A stretch of DNA of 36,140 bases from an uncultured Nitrososphaerota archaeon (GTDB lineage Archaea; Asgardarchaeota; Njordarchaeia; Njordarchaeales; Panguiarchaeaceae), in contig CAZWPQ010000010.1 in NCBI GenBank assembly GCA_964636085.1, positions 1-36,140 on the forward strand. Reading direction: 5' to 3'. Shown one piece after another: positions 17,140 through 25,449 of the stretch (the first letter of the stretch is position 1; each line of letters starts with the position of its first letter). Below the pieces are notes generated by a model. That model was not told the DNA's origin. It saw nothing but the letters and a program-made list of their open reading frames with translations, and ran no database searches. The position numbers were made by a program, and so were the translations under genes.

Positions 17140-17661
17140 ATGGAGCTAGAAACAAAAGCCATTCTCCCAATCATAGGCTCAGTCCTAATGATCGCCAGCT
17201 TCTTCATAGGGCCTATACTAAAAATATTATGGAAAGTTGGAACTTTAACAGCCGCCACATTCACACTAAAGGGCAATGGAAAAATACTATGGGAAACAGG
17301 GGGTGTTGAAATGGAACTCGATTGGTCCTATGCATATCTAAGATTTGTAGTGATGGGGCTGGCAGGACTCTGCATTCTTATAGCAATACTAATCATGATT
17401 GGGAGTCTTGGGAAAGACACTGGAAAGAAGTTATTAAATGGACTTTCAGGCCTTACATTTCTAGTGTGGATACTCTTTGTTGGTTTCTTCTTCATCGGAA
17501 TGGGAACCGTCTCCCCGCCATTTGGTATCCTCGATCGACTAGGGGATATCTATAATTATTATAGCACTGGAGGCGCAACTATAGGATTCGGTATTGGGAA
17601 TGGGCTGATAGTATTCTTAGTTGGCTACATCTTGAATGCTATTGGGAGCAAAATTATGTAG
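17140..17661 (+). CDS. Hypothetical four-TM membrane protein
   Basis: 173 aa with four hydrophobic segments. GGGGGA SD before the ATG and a T-rich terminator after the stop. Confidence 0.8.
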   Translation: MELETKAILPIIGSVLMIASFFIGPILKILWKVGTLTAATFTLKGNGKILWETGGVEMELDWSYAYLRFVVMGLAGLCILIAILIMIGSLGKDTGKKLLNGLSGLTFLVWILFVGFFFIGMGTVSPPFGILDRLGDIYNYYSTGGATIGFGIGNGLIVFLVGYILNAIGSKIM

Positions 17662-17663
17662 CC

Positions 17664-17679
17664 TTCTCTTTTTTCTTCT
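17664..17679 (+). terminator. Pyrimidine/T-rich terminator
   Basis: TTCTCTTTTTTCTTCT immediately after the stop of 17140..17661. Confidence 0.5.
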
Positions 17680-17975
17680 ACCTCCCCTTCAGAGAGCTCC
17701 TAATTCATTTATTTCTAGTCGACACAAGCCCTCGTTAGGAAACAATCAGTCAGACATAGCTGATGAATATTGAATAAACTCTGCATAAAACTTGTGATGT
17801 TTGGAGCTTTATTGAACCCAGCATAGTAGTACTATACATTAATTTCAAATAAGATTCCATATTACTGGCAATGATTGTTGTTCTATGTATAACCCATGTC
17901 TTACATAAACCACAACAAAAATTTTAAGAAAGCCTCGACGTTATTAAAAATATCAAATAAGGGCACAAATCTAAT

Positions 17976-18863
17976 CTATCTCTTATAGATTTCGAGAATA
18001 ACCTCATGGTCCAAATTTACTTCAAATCCAAGCCTTTCTTTGATTTCCTCCACCATTTTCTGTGGTGCACGGAATCCAAGTACATCGGTTAGATCCGCTG
18101 TGAGTTTTTCCCCTATATCCAGTGCACTAAATTTTGGCTTGAGTTGTTGAGCGAGTTTTTCCAGCTTGTCTATTATTGATCTGGCCTCACTCATACATTT
18201 TCCCTTCCCGCTTCCCCTACATGTTCCATCTCCTATATAGATACATGGAGGGCCTGCGCCATCGAATATATTTGGATGGACAATAAGACCAGCCAGCAAC
18301 AAGGCATATGCGACCGTTCTTATCTCCCATTGCGCGTCAAAACATGTTCTCTGATAAATTATGTGTAGAAGCTCCTCTGGATCGAATGCAGATGATATAT
18401 GGGTCTTTACACCTATGGGCAGAGCAAATCTAGCATCCTCTGGGGGCACACCAGCCTCCAGCAATCTCAGATATATCTGACCGCACCTTATATTGTTCTC
18501 TATATAGTCTATGACTGCATCAACCCCCCTCCTTGTTATTTCAGGGGGGATAATAAACCAATCAGTACTCTTTGTGTCGACCTTGACATATCTTAGGCTT
18601 TGTTGCATATGGGCCGCTATCCTATACCTGACCCATTGATGGGTAAAGCTCCTCGAAACACCACTTATAGATACAATATAATAACCAAAATCAAGCACAG
18701 AGGAAAGTCTAAGCTTCTTTGTGATCCTTATCATCTGTCCTATCTGCTTATCGCTTACACCAATGTCTGGCCCAGGTAACCTAGATCTCGTTGCTAGGGC
18801 ACCTTTTACCATTATCTCCTCAGCGTCCCTTATGTAGTCCCATAATATAATCCTCATAGTCAT
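17976..18863 (-). CDS. thyX: FAD-dependent thymidylate synthase ThyX (divergent)
   Basis: ISGVSRSFTHQWVRYRIAAHMQQSLRYV (a variant of RHRx7SxR), EDARFALP, AQWEIR and a C-terminal GPPC...C...C motif. Coupled to glyA. Confidence 0.9.
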   Translation of the reverse strand: MTMRIILWDYIRDAEEIMVKGALATRSRLPGPDIGVSDKQIGQMIRITKKLRLSSVLDFGYYIVSISGVSRSFTHQWVRYRIAAHMQQSLRYVKVDTKSTDWFIIPPEITRRGVDAVIDYIENNIRCGQIYLRLLEAGVPPEDARFALPIGVKTHISSAFDPEELLHIIYQRTCFDAQWEIRTVAYALLLAGLIVHPNIFDGAGPPCIYIGDGTCRGSGKGKCMSEARSIIDKLEKLAQQLKPKFSALDIGEKLTADLTDVLGFRAPQKMVEEIKERLGFEVNLDHEVILEIYKR

Positions 18864-20103
18864 CCACCTTGAAACAGTATTTTACCTCTCTAAATCTACT
18901 TCTTAACTCAATAACCTCTCCAATAACATGCTTGCCCTTGTCCAGAATCTTATCAAACAGCTCGGCTATATGCGACATTTCTTCTTCCTTCATCCCAAGC
19001 CTAGTCATTTCTTGGACCCCTATTCTTATCCCGCTTGGATTTAATGTTGCATCTTTATCTGAATCCCATGGCAACGCGACTTTAGTAACAATAATATTAT
19101 TTTCCTCCAGTTTATCCGCCACGATTTTGCCCCCTCCCAACTCTCTAACATCAATCAAGACTTGATGGGATTCGGTAAAACCCTTATGTGGACAAAGCAC
19201 CTTAAAACCATACGAATATAGCTCTTCGGCAAGTTTTTTAGCATTCCTTATGACTTGTTCCGCATATTCTTGCCCAAACCTATTCATCTCGAGAATCGTA
19301 ATTGCTAGAGCGGGTAGCCTGTGGATATGATGATTATAGATAACTCCTGGAAAGGTAACCCTCTCAATTTTTTTCCAGACATTCTCCTCGAGATCCCTTC
19401 TTGCTATTATTATCCCGCCTTGAGGCCCAGGAAATGTTTTATGTGTAGACGAGGTAAGAATGTCCGCACCTTCACTAAGCGGATCTTGGAATTTACCTCC
19501 CCAAATAAGACCAAATATGTGTGCAACATCATATACTATCTTTATCTTTGGATCAATCGAGTCCCTTATCTCCTTAATAGGTTCTGGGAAAAGAACAACA
19601 GATCTACCAAAAACAACAATTTTTGGTCTTACATTGTTGATAAGTTCTATCGTCTTATCCACATCCATAACCATGTTCTCCCAATCAAAAAATGCCGGTA
19701 CCTCACCTATCCCCAAAATCCCTGCAACACCATACCTCGTATGGGAAACATGCGCACCAGCAGTCAAACGAGGGGACACTAAAATATCCCCTGGTTTTGT
19801 TAATGCCTTGAAGACAATAAGATTCGCGATCCCTCCACTTAGAGGCCTCGGCTCCACATATCTAGTATCAAACCTTTCTCCTACAAGCTCTTTCACAAGG
19901 GCCTCTATCTCCATAGCATACTTTGTGCCCTGGTAGTGGCTTTCACCATTATGTTCATTATATCTGCTCATAAAATCCGAGAGATACACGGCTTCCGCGA
20001 GAGGAGACATTAGATTTTCCGAGGCAACAAGGTTTATACATTCGTACCTTCTCCAAGTATTCTGGGAATTCACAATATCTAATACGTGCTTTACATCAAT
20101 CAA
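18820..20103 (-). CDS. glyA: Serine hydroxymethyltransferase (archaeal type)
   Basis: INLVASEN, GAHVSH, YDVAHIFGL, PLP-lysine motif SSTHKTFPGPQGG, NHHIHR, SGIRIGVQEMTRLG. Confidence 0.94.
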   Translation of the reverse strand: MIDVKHVLDIVNSQNTWRRYECINLVASENLMSPLAEAVYLSDFMSRYNEHNGESHYQGTKYAMEIEALVKELVGERFDTRYVEPRPLSGGIANLIVFKALTKPGDILVSPRLTAGAHVSHTRYGVAGILGIGEVPAFFDWENMVMDVDKTIELINNVRPKIVVFGRSVVLFPEPIKEIRDSIDPKIKIVYDVAHIFGLIWGGKFQDPLSEGADILTSSTHKTFPGPQGGIIIARRDLEENVWKKIERVTFPGVIYNHHIHRLPALAITILEMNRFGQEYAEQVIRNAKKLAEELYSYGFKVLCPHKGFTESHQVLIDVRELGGGKIVADKLEENNIIVTKVALPWDSDKDATLNPSGIRIGVQEMTRLGMKEEEMSHIAELFDKILDKGKHVIGEVIELRSRFREVKYCFKVDDYEDYIMGLHKGR

Positions 20104-20245
20104 AATCGATCACCCACAAAGACATTTAACTACCACAAAAAATAATGGAATTACGCTAGCATTACCTCCAAAAGATTAACTTTTTCTGGTTTGATTTATC
20201 CTTCGTTTTAGATATATGTGACATAATATATTACTGGGGGAGAAA

Positions 20246-21526
20246 GTGAGAATACACGTAATTACGACCGGATGCTCCATCAACCGGGCCATGGGAGAGA
20301 TACTCAAGAGTATAATTTCCAAGCACTACACGCTAAGTGATCTAGGTTCTGCTGATTTTGTGATTCTAAACCTATGCACCATTAAAAAGGCTACGGAGGA
20401 TAAAGGAATAGAACTCGCCAAAAAAATTTCAGGAATGGGTAAAAGGGTCATAGTGACTGGATGCTTGGCTGAGAGTTCATATAGTAGAATCCAGAGACAA
20501 GTTCCTGATGCAAGTATTATTAGCGCTGGATATTTCCTAGAAACAAACATCGTAGAAATCATCAATTCCATTCTCCAGAGAGGCAAACTAATAATTGTTG
20601 GGAAAGACCTAGATCTCCACTATCCTATTGACTACATCCCCGACAACCAATATATTGGGATAATACCAATCGCTTTAGGATGCACCAATAATTGTAGCTA
20701 TTGCATCGACGTAAGAATCTGGGGCCGAGTAAGAAGTATACCACCCAACGAAATAGTCAAACAAGTAGAAAAACTTATACAGCATGGAGCAAGGGAGATC
20801 AGATTAACAGCACACGATACCGCTGCCTATGGAATCGACATAGGATACAATCTTGCGGATCTATTGGAGCGAATTCTTAGCATTGATTACGAATTCAGGA
20901 TCAGAATAGGTATGGCCTCTCCTAATACATTTGAATTGATCTCTGATGCGCTCCTAGACATAATCTCGAAGGAAAGAAGAATCTATAAATTTGTTCACAT
21001 ACCAGTTCAATCAGGATCAAATAGAATACTCAAACTGATGAATAGGCCCTATACGGTCGAAGAATACATAAGTCTATTCCAAAAGATCAGAAGAAAGCTA
21101 GGCGAAACAGCTACAATAGCTACAGACGTAATTTCTGCATTCCCAACAGAAACCGAAGAAGACCATAAAGCAACTATGGAGCTACTCAAAAAATTAGAAC
21201 CTGACGTTGTTAATTTATCCCGGTATGGCGACCGACCAGGAACACCATCGTCAAAACTACGTCCTAAAATACATAGCAAGATCGCTAAAAGAAGAACCAG
21301 AGAACTCTTTGAACTCATCAAGAAGATCGCATATAAGAGAAATCTGGCATTCCTCGGCAAGAAAATCAATGTATTATTCCTTGAAAAGAAGGGCCAATAT
21401 TGTGGAAGATCATTCAACAACAGACTCGTATTCACAAACGACCCTGTGAAACTAGGTGAATTCAAAACAGTTAAGATAACAAACGTGACTTGGAAATGTC
21501 TCTATGGAACCCCAGAAACTACTTAA
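20246..21526 (+). CDS. tRNA methylthiotransferase, MiaB family (archaeal MtaB/CDKAL1-like; UPF0004 + radical SAM + TRAM)
   Basis: TTGCSIN, NLCTIK and VTGCL (UPF0004 cysteines), CTNNCSYC radical-SAM motif, HIPVQSGS, FPTETEED and a C-terminal TRAM domain. Confidence 0.92.
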   Translation: MRIHVITTGCSINRAMGEILKSIISKHYTLSDLGSADFVILNLCTIKKATEDKGIELAKKISGMGKRVIVTGCLAESSYSRIQRQVPDASIISAGYFLETNIVEIINSILQRGKLIIVGKDLDLHYPIDYIPDNQYIGIIPIALGCTNNCSYCIDVRIWGRVRSIPPNEIVKQVEKLIQHGAREIRLTAHDTAAYGIDIGYNLADLLERILSIDYEFRIRIGMASPNTFELISDALLDIISKERRIYKFVHIPVQSGSNRILKLMNRPYTVEEYISLFQKIRRKLGETATIATDVISAFPTETEEDHKATMELLKKLEPDVVNLSRYGDRPGTPSSKLRPKIHSKIAKRRTRELFELIKKIAYKRNLAFLGKKINVLFLEKKGQYCGRSFNNRLVFTNDPVKLGEFKTVKITNVTWKCLYGTPETT

Positions 21527-21853
21527 CAATGTGAATAAAGATACAGGCATTCATAGCCCCAACACGTAGCGTAAATACCATGAAATATGGGATATACATA
21601 TCCTGATGATTACCCACAAGGTCACTGACTCCCTTCTTACATATGGAGCCTCTAAAAAAATATATGCAATCAGATATCCAAAAAAGCGGCCCATAGAAAA
21701 GGCCTGATAGCCAAAAATCTCGGCTAAACAGAAAGCATGATAAGGAAAAAATGCAGAAGAAAGAAATTGCCTCGTAGAACACACAGGTTCCTAAAATAAA
21801 ACTAAGGTGTAGCTAGAGTATTACAGGACCAAGCTAATATGTATCTATATACA

Positions 21854-21871
21854 TCCAGTAGAAACGAGGGG
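21854..21871 (+). promoter_or_regulatory. Origin recognition box (ORB) with G-string
   Basis: TCCAGTAGAAACGAGGGG fits the archaeal ORB consensus TCCA.t.GAAA....GGGG. Confidence 0.75.
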
Positions 21872-21986
21872 CCGTAGAGTAACTGAACTCCAAAAATAGT
21901 AGTAAAACAGCATCAATCATAGTAGTTCTTGGGGTTAACTATTATTTCACAAATGAGTTAAGAATACTGTCCTCTACGTCAGGAGA

Positions 21987-22006
21987 CCCCTCATTTCAAG
22001 TGGAAC
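21987..22006 (-). promoter_or_regulatory. Origin recognition box (ORB) with G-string
   Basis: Minus strand reads GTTCCACTTGAAATGAGGGG. It is 15/18 identical to the ORB at 21854 and inverted relative to it. Confidence 0.8.
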
Positions 22007-22125
22007 ATCTTGTCTTGATCATTCTGATGTTTTTTTATGTTAATCTCGACAAAATGAGGTTTTTTCATTATATTCAAAGCAAAAAAACGAGAATATTGAC
22101 TAATACCGATAATTTGCCTTGATTT

Positions 22126-22140
22126 TCTTCCACTGGAAGA
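22126..22140. promoter_or_regulatory. Palindromic mini-ORB-like element
   Basis: TCTTCCA-C-TGGAAGA is a perfect dyad. The minus strand reads TTCCAGTGGAA, the ORB core, without a G-string. Confidence 0.5.
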
Positions 22141-22147
22141 TCCGTGT

Positions 22148-22729
22148 CTAGTAAATCTTGTTTACGGCTACAATATAGCCGGCTCCAAGAGCAAATATAC
22201 CCAATGGGAATAATAGCGCGGAACAAATCACCATATGGAGGGGCAGGAATATCCACGCGAGGAGTATTGGAATTATGAATAATATCCCTATCAGTGTTGC
22301 TTCTAAACTTCTAAAGAACACTATTCCGAACCCAATAAGTAGGATTGTTCCAATAATCCCCAATATTCCAATAAATACTAGAAATAGCCAAAACAACAAT
22401 ATATCCCCAACGAGCTCACTAATAGTCTCAGCCTCTTCCGCTCCAAAGTCTATAATCAACAAACCGAAGAAGGAAATGCTAAATCCCATGAATCCATGCG
22501 AAATAGATAGTCCTGTTGCTGCAGATCCTGATCCAGCCTCTCGTAGCGATATTGGACCAAGAAGCCCTGAGGCGAAAAGTATTCCAGAAATAACCATTAA
22601 ATATCCATATGTAATCAAACTGATCGCTTCAATGAGTACTAAACTGTTTGCGACTAGTTGTATTATTCCTCCAGTAATCGTGAGTATTCCTCCAAATAAT
22701 CCAGTTTGTTTCGGTTCCACATTTACCAC
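22148..22729 (-). CDS. Hypothetical Gly-rich multi-pass membrane protein
   Basis: 193 aa, almost entirely hydrophobic, about 5-6 TM helices. Start may be GTG 22720. Confidence 0.75.
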   Translation of the reverse strand: MVNVEPKQTGLFGGILTITGGIIQLVANSLVLIEAISLITYGYLMVISGILFASGLLGPISLREAGSGSAATGLSISHGFMGFSISFFGLLIIDFGAEEAETISELVGDILLFWLFLVFIGILGIIGTILLIGFGIVFFRSLEATLIGILFIIPILLAWIFLPLHMVICSALLFPLGIFALGAGYIVAVNKIY

Positions 22730-22806
22730 CTTTTTAATGCTTCAATATCTAAAAAATACTAATAAGAAATCATTGGATCATTGTAGATTCTAGTATGTAC
22801 CCTTGA

Positions 22807-25449
22807 TTGATAGTGATCGATGTGGGGTCGGATAGGAGGATCCTAAGAATAAGGAAGAGGCCTCCGAGTGATAAGGAGATATACTCGCTGTTGAGGCCAT
22901 ATACAGCTGAGTGGTTTAGAAGGACATTTAGAAGATTTTTGGAGCCTCAGCGTTATGCTATCCCGCTGATAAAGGCTAAGAAGAATGTATTGATTTTCTC
23001 GCCGACTGGGAGCGGGAAGACTTTGGCAGCCTTTTTAGGGATTCTGGATGAGTTATTTAAACTGGGGGAGCAGGGCCGATTGGAGGATAAGGTCTACTGT
23101 ATCTATGTTTCTCCTCTCCGGGCTCTTAGTAATGATATAAGGAAGAATCTTCAGATGCCCTTGGATGGTATAAGGACTGTGGCAGAAGAAATGGGCTATG
23201 AGCTTCCTGAAGTTAGAGTTTTTGTAAGGCATGGTGATACTTCATCTTCACAGCGTTCTAAGATGCTTAGAAAACCGCCTCATATTTTGATTACTACCCC
23301 TGAAAGCCTGGCCAATATGCTTCTTGCACCGAAATTTAGGTATAAGCTATATGATGTTGAGTGGGGGATTATTGATGAGGTTCATGAGCTCTCGGATAAT
23401 AAGAGAGGAGTCCATCTAAGTCTTTCTTTGGAGAGGCTACATTATTTCTCTGGTGGTTTTGTAAGGATTGGTTTATCAGCAACACAGGCCCCAGTAAAGG
23501 AAATCGCCAAGTGGCTTGTTGGTTTCGAAGATGATGGTAGGCCAAGGCAGTGTTATATCGTTCAAGTATTGGGTATCAAAAAGTTGGATTTGAAAGTTCT
23601 CTGCCCAACGGAAGATCTTAGGCGGAGGGAGTTTTCCTCGAGGAAGATGTATGGGATGCTTAAGGAGATCGTTAGGAGATACCATACTACTCTAATTTTT
23701 ACGAATACTAGGTCTGGTGCTGAGGCTGTTGCGTATAAGTTAAAGAAAGAGCTTGGGAAAAGGTGGAGTAAAAAAATTGGTGTTCATCATTCATCTCTAG
23801 GGAGGGAAATAAGACTTGGTGTTGAGGATGCCCTAAAACAGGGAAAATTGAGGGCCGTTGTTACTTCTACATCGTTGGAGTTGGGCATAGATATTGGCTA
23901 TATTGACCTGGTCGTCCAAATAGGTTCTCCTAGATCCGTTATTAAGGGTCTTCAGAGGATTGGAAGGGCTGGCCATGCTATACATCGGGTGTCTAAAGGT
24001 AGGTTTATGGCCTTAGACGAGGATGATTTAGTAGAGTTGCTGGTTTTGACTAAGTGTGCACATGAAGGGAAATTGGATCGGATTACAATACCCAAGAATT
24101 GTTTAGATATACTTGCGCAACACTTGGTTGCGATGAGTATAGAAAAGAAATGGAATGTCATGGATGCATATCGTGTTGTGAAAAGGTCGTATAATTTTCA
24201 CGATTTAGAGTACGGCGAGTTTCTTTCTGTTCTGTACTACCTTGCAGGTAAGCATGTTGATTTAGAATATCAGAAGGTCTATCGTAAACTATGGTTCGAT
24301 GAGAAAGAGGGTGTTTTTGGCAGAAAAAGAATGGCCCGCATGATCTATTATTTGAATCAAGGCGCGATTCCAGATGAAGCGGATTATAAAGTTTATCTAA
24401 GACGGAATAGCCGGAGAATCTGGATGGGGAACCTATCCGAACCATTTGTTGAGAGGCTTATTCCAGGAGACGTATTTATTTTGGCTGGTCGGAAATATAA
24501 GGTCAATGGAATAAAGAGCGATACTGTGATAGTAACGGAGGCCAAGGAGGCGAATCCTACAGTTCCATCTTGGATAGGCGAACAGCTACCGCGTTCCTTT
24601 GATCTATCATGGGAAATAGGCAAATTTAGAGAGAAAATTGAGCGTCTTATTAGGAAGGGAGATATCGATACTGCTAGGGGAATATTGAGGGAAGAGTACG
24701 GAGCTGATGAAAACATTATCAATAATGTGCTAAGGTATTTCCGGGATCAGATAAGATATCTGGGTCGTGTACCAACTCATAAAAGGATCATTTTAGAGAA
24801 GTGGATTGACGAGTATGGTCGCGTTCATGTAATATTTCATGCTGCTTATGGCCGGAGAACTTGTGATGCCCTAGCTAGATTTTTTGCCTATGTTGCATCA
24901 GAGATCTATCTATGTAATGTAGGGATAGGTGTGACTGATAACGGTTTTGACCTGATTTTTCCCAAATTTGTTGATCCCGTACCGAGTAGGATAATAGAAA
25001 AAGCAATGGGAACGGATTTTGAGCTTGCTTTAAAGAAAGCCATAAAGAATACTGAGCTCTTTGTTAATAGGTTTAGGCATGTTGCCAATAGGTCATTTAT
25101 GATATTGCGGAGGTATAAGGGTACGGAGATATCTGTGAGGAAGCAGAGAATAAAAGCTAGTACGTTGGTTAGGCTTCTTCCAGATGATTTTCCAGTTATA
25201 AGGGAGACATATAGGGAAGTGTTGGAAGATTATATGGATTTGAATCATGCTAAATATGTTTTTGACGCTATTAAGAGCGGTATGATTAAGGTTATATATG
25301 CCGAGAAAAAAGATTCGAGAACACTAAGTCCGTTTGCTCATGGTATTGTTCTAGCGGCACTCAGTGATGTGCTGACTATGGCGGACCGGGAGAGATGGAT
25401 CCTGGCGATGTATGAAAGAATTAAGAAGCTATTTGGGGATAAAGGTTAG
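22807..25449 (+). CDS. lhr: Lhr-family SF2 helicase (archaeal Lhr core)
   Basis: SPTGSGKT, YVSPLRAL, RHGDT, ILITTPESL, DEVH, GLSAT, VHHSSL, SLELGIDIG, QRIGRAGH, PTVPSWIGE and RFRHVANR. Confidence 0.95.
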   Translation: MIVIDVGSDRRILRIRKRPPSDKEIYSLLRPYTAEWFRRTFRRFLEPQRYAIPLIKAKKNVLIFSPTGSGKTLAAFLGILDELFKLGEQGRLEDKVYCIYVSPLRALSNDIRKNLQMPLDGIRTVAEEMGYELPEVRVFVRHGDTSSSQRSKMLRKPPHILITTPESLANMLLAPKFRYKLYDVEWGIIDEVHELSDNKRGVHLSLSLERLHYFSGGFVRIGLSATQAPVKEIAKWLVGFEDDGRPRQCYIVQVLGIKKLDLKVLCPTEDLRRREFSSRKMYGMLKEIVRRYHTTLIFTNTRSGAEAVAYKLKKELGKRWSKKIGVHHSSLGREIRLGVEDALKQGKLRAVVTSTSLELGIDIGYIDLVVQIGSPRSVIKGLQRIGRAGHAIHRVSKGRFMALDEDDLVELLVLTKCAHEGKLDRITIPKNCLDILAQHLVAMSIEKKWNVMDAYRVVKRSYNFHDLEYGEFLSVLYYLAGKHVDLEYQKVYRKLWFDEKEGVFGRKRMARMIYYLNQGAIPDEADYKVYLRRNSRRIWMGNLSEPFVERLIPGDVFILAGRKYKVNGIKSDTVIVTEAKEANPTVPSWIGEQLPRSFDLSWEIGKFREKIERLIRKGDIDTARGILREEYGADENIINNVLRYFRDQIRYLGRVPTHKRIILEKWIDEYGRVHVIFHAAYGRRTCDALARFFAYVASEIYLCNVGIGVTDNGFDLIFPKFVDPVPSRIIEKAMGTDFELALKKAIKNTELFVNRFRHVANRSFMILRRYKGTEISVRKQRIKASTLVRLLPDDFPVIRETYREVLEDYMDLNHAKYVFDAIKSGMIKVIYAEKKDSRTLSPFAHGIVLAALSDVLTMADRERWILAMYERIKKLFGDKG

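Larger units (their letters stand above)
21527..22147. other. Probable chromosomal replication origin (oriC)
   Basis: About 620-bp region between convergent genes with no credible ORF. It contains inverted ORB elements at 21854-21871 (+) and 21987-22006 (-), a mini-ORB at 22126-22140 and AT-rich tracts. Confidence 0.75.

Noticed and set aside
17760-17817. Possible C/D-box sRNA (TGATGA...TGATGT...TTGA)
   Set aside because: The D and D' boxes are non-consensus and the guide segments are AT-rich with no evident rRNA/tRNA complementarity.
15050-17975. Intact integrated element or provirus at tRNA-Leu
   Set aside because: No integrase, no duplicated tRNA 3' end (att site) and no viral or plasmid hallmark genes were seen.
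21519-21920. Minus-strand hydrophobic ORFs (21519..21782, 21551..21784) and an upstream extension with two in-frame TAG codons, as a pseudogene or amber read-through gene
   Set aside because: No recognisable protein motif, and T-rich sequence trivially translates as hydrophobic. The region is better explained by the ORB-containing origin. No pyrrolysine machinery is visible, and TAG is an ordinary stop in many genes here.
22275-22793. 172-aa plus-strand ORF and the many other short ORFs antisense or internal to identified genes
   Set aside because: They are shadows of well-supported genes on the opposite strand or in another frame, with no motifs of their own.
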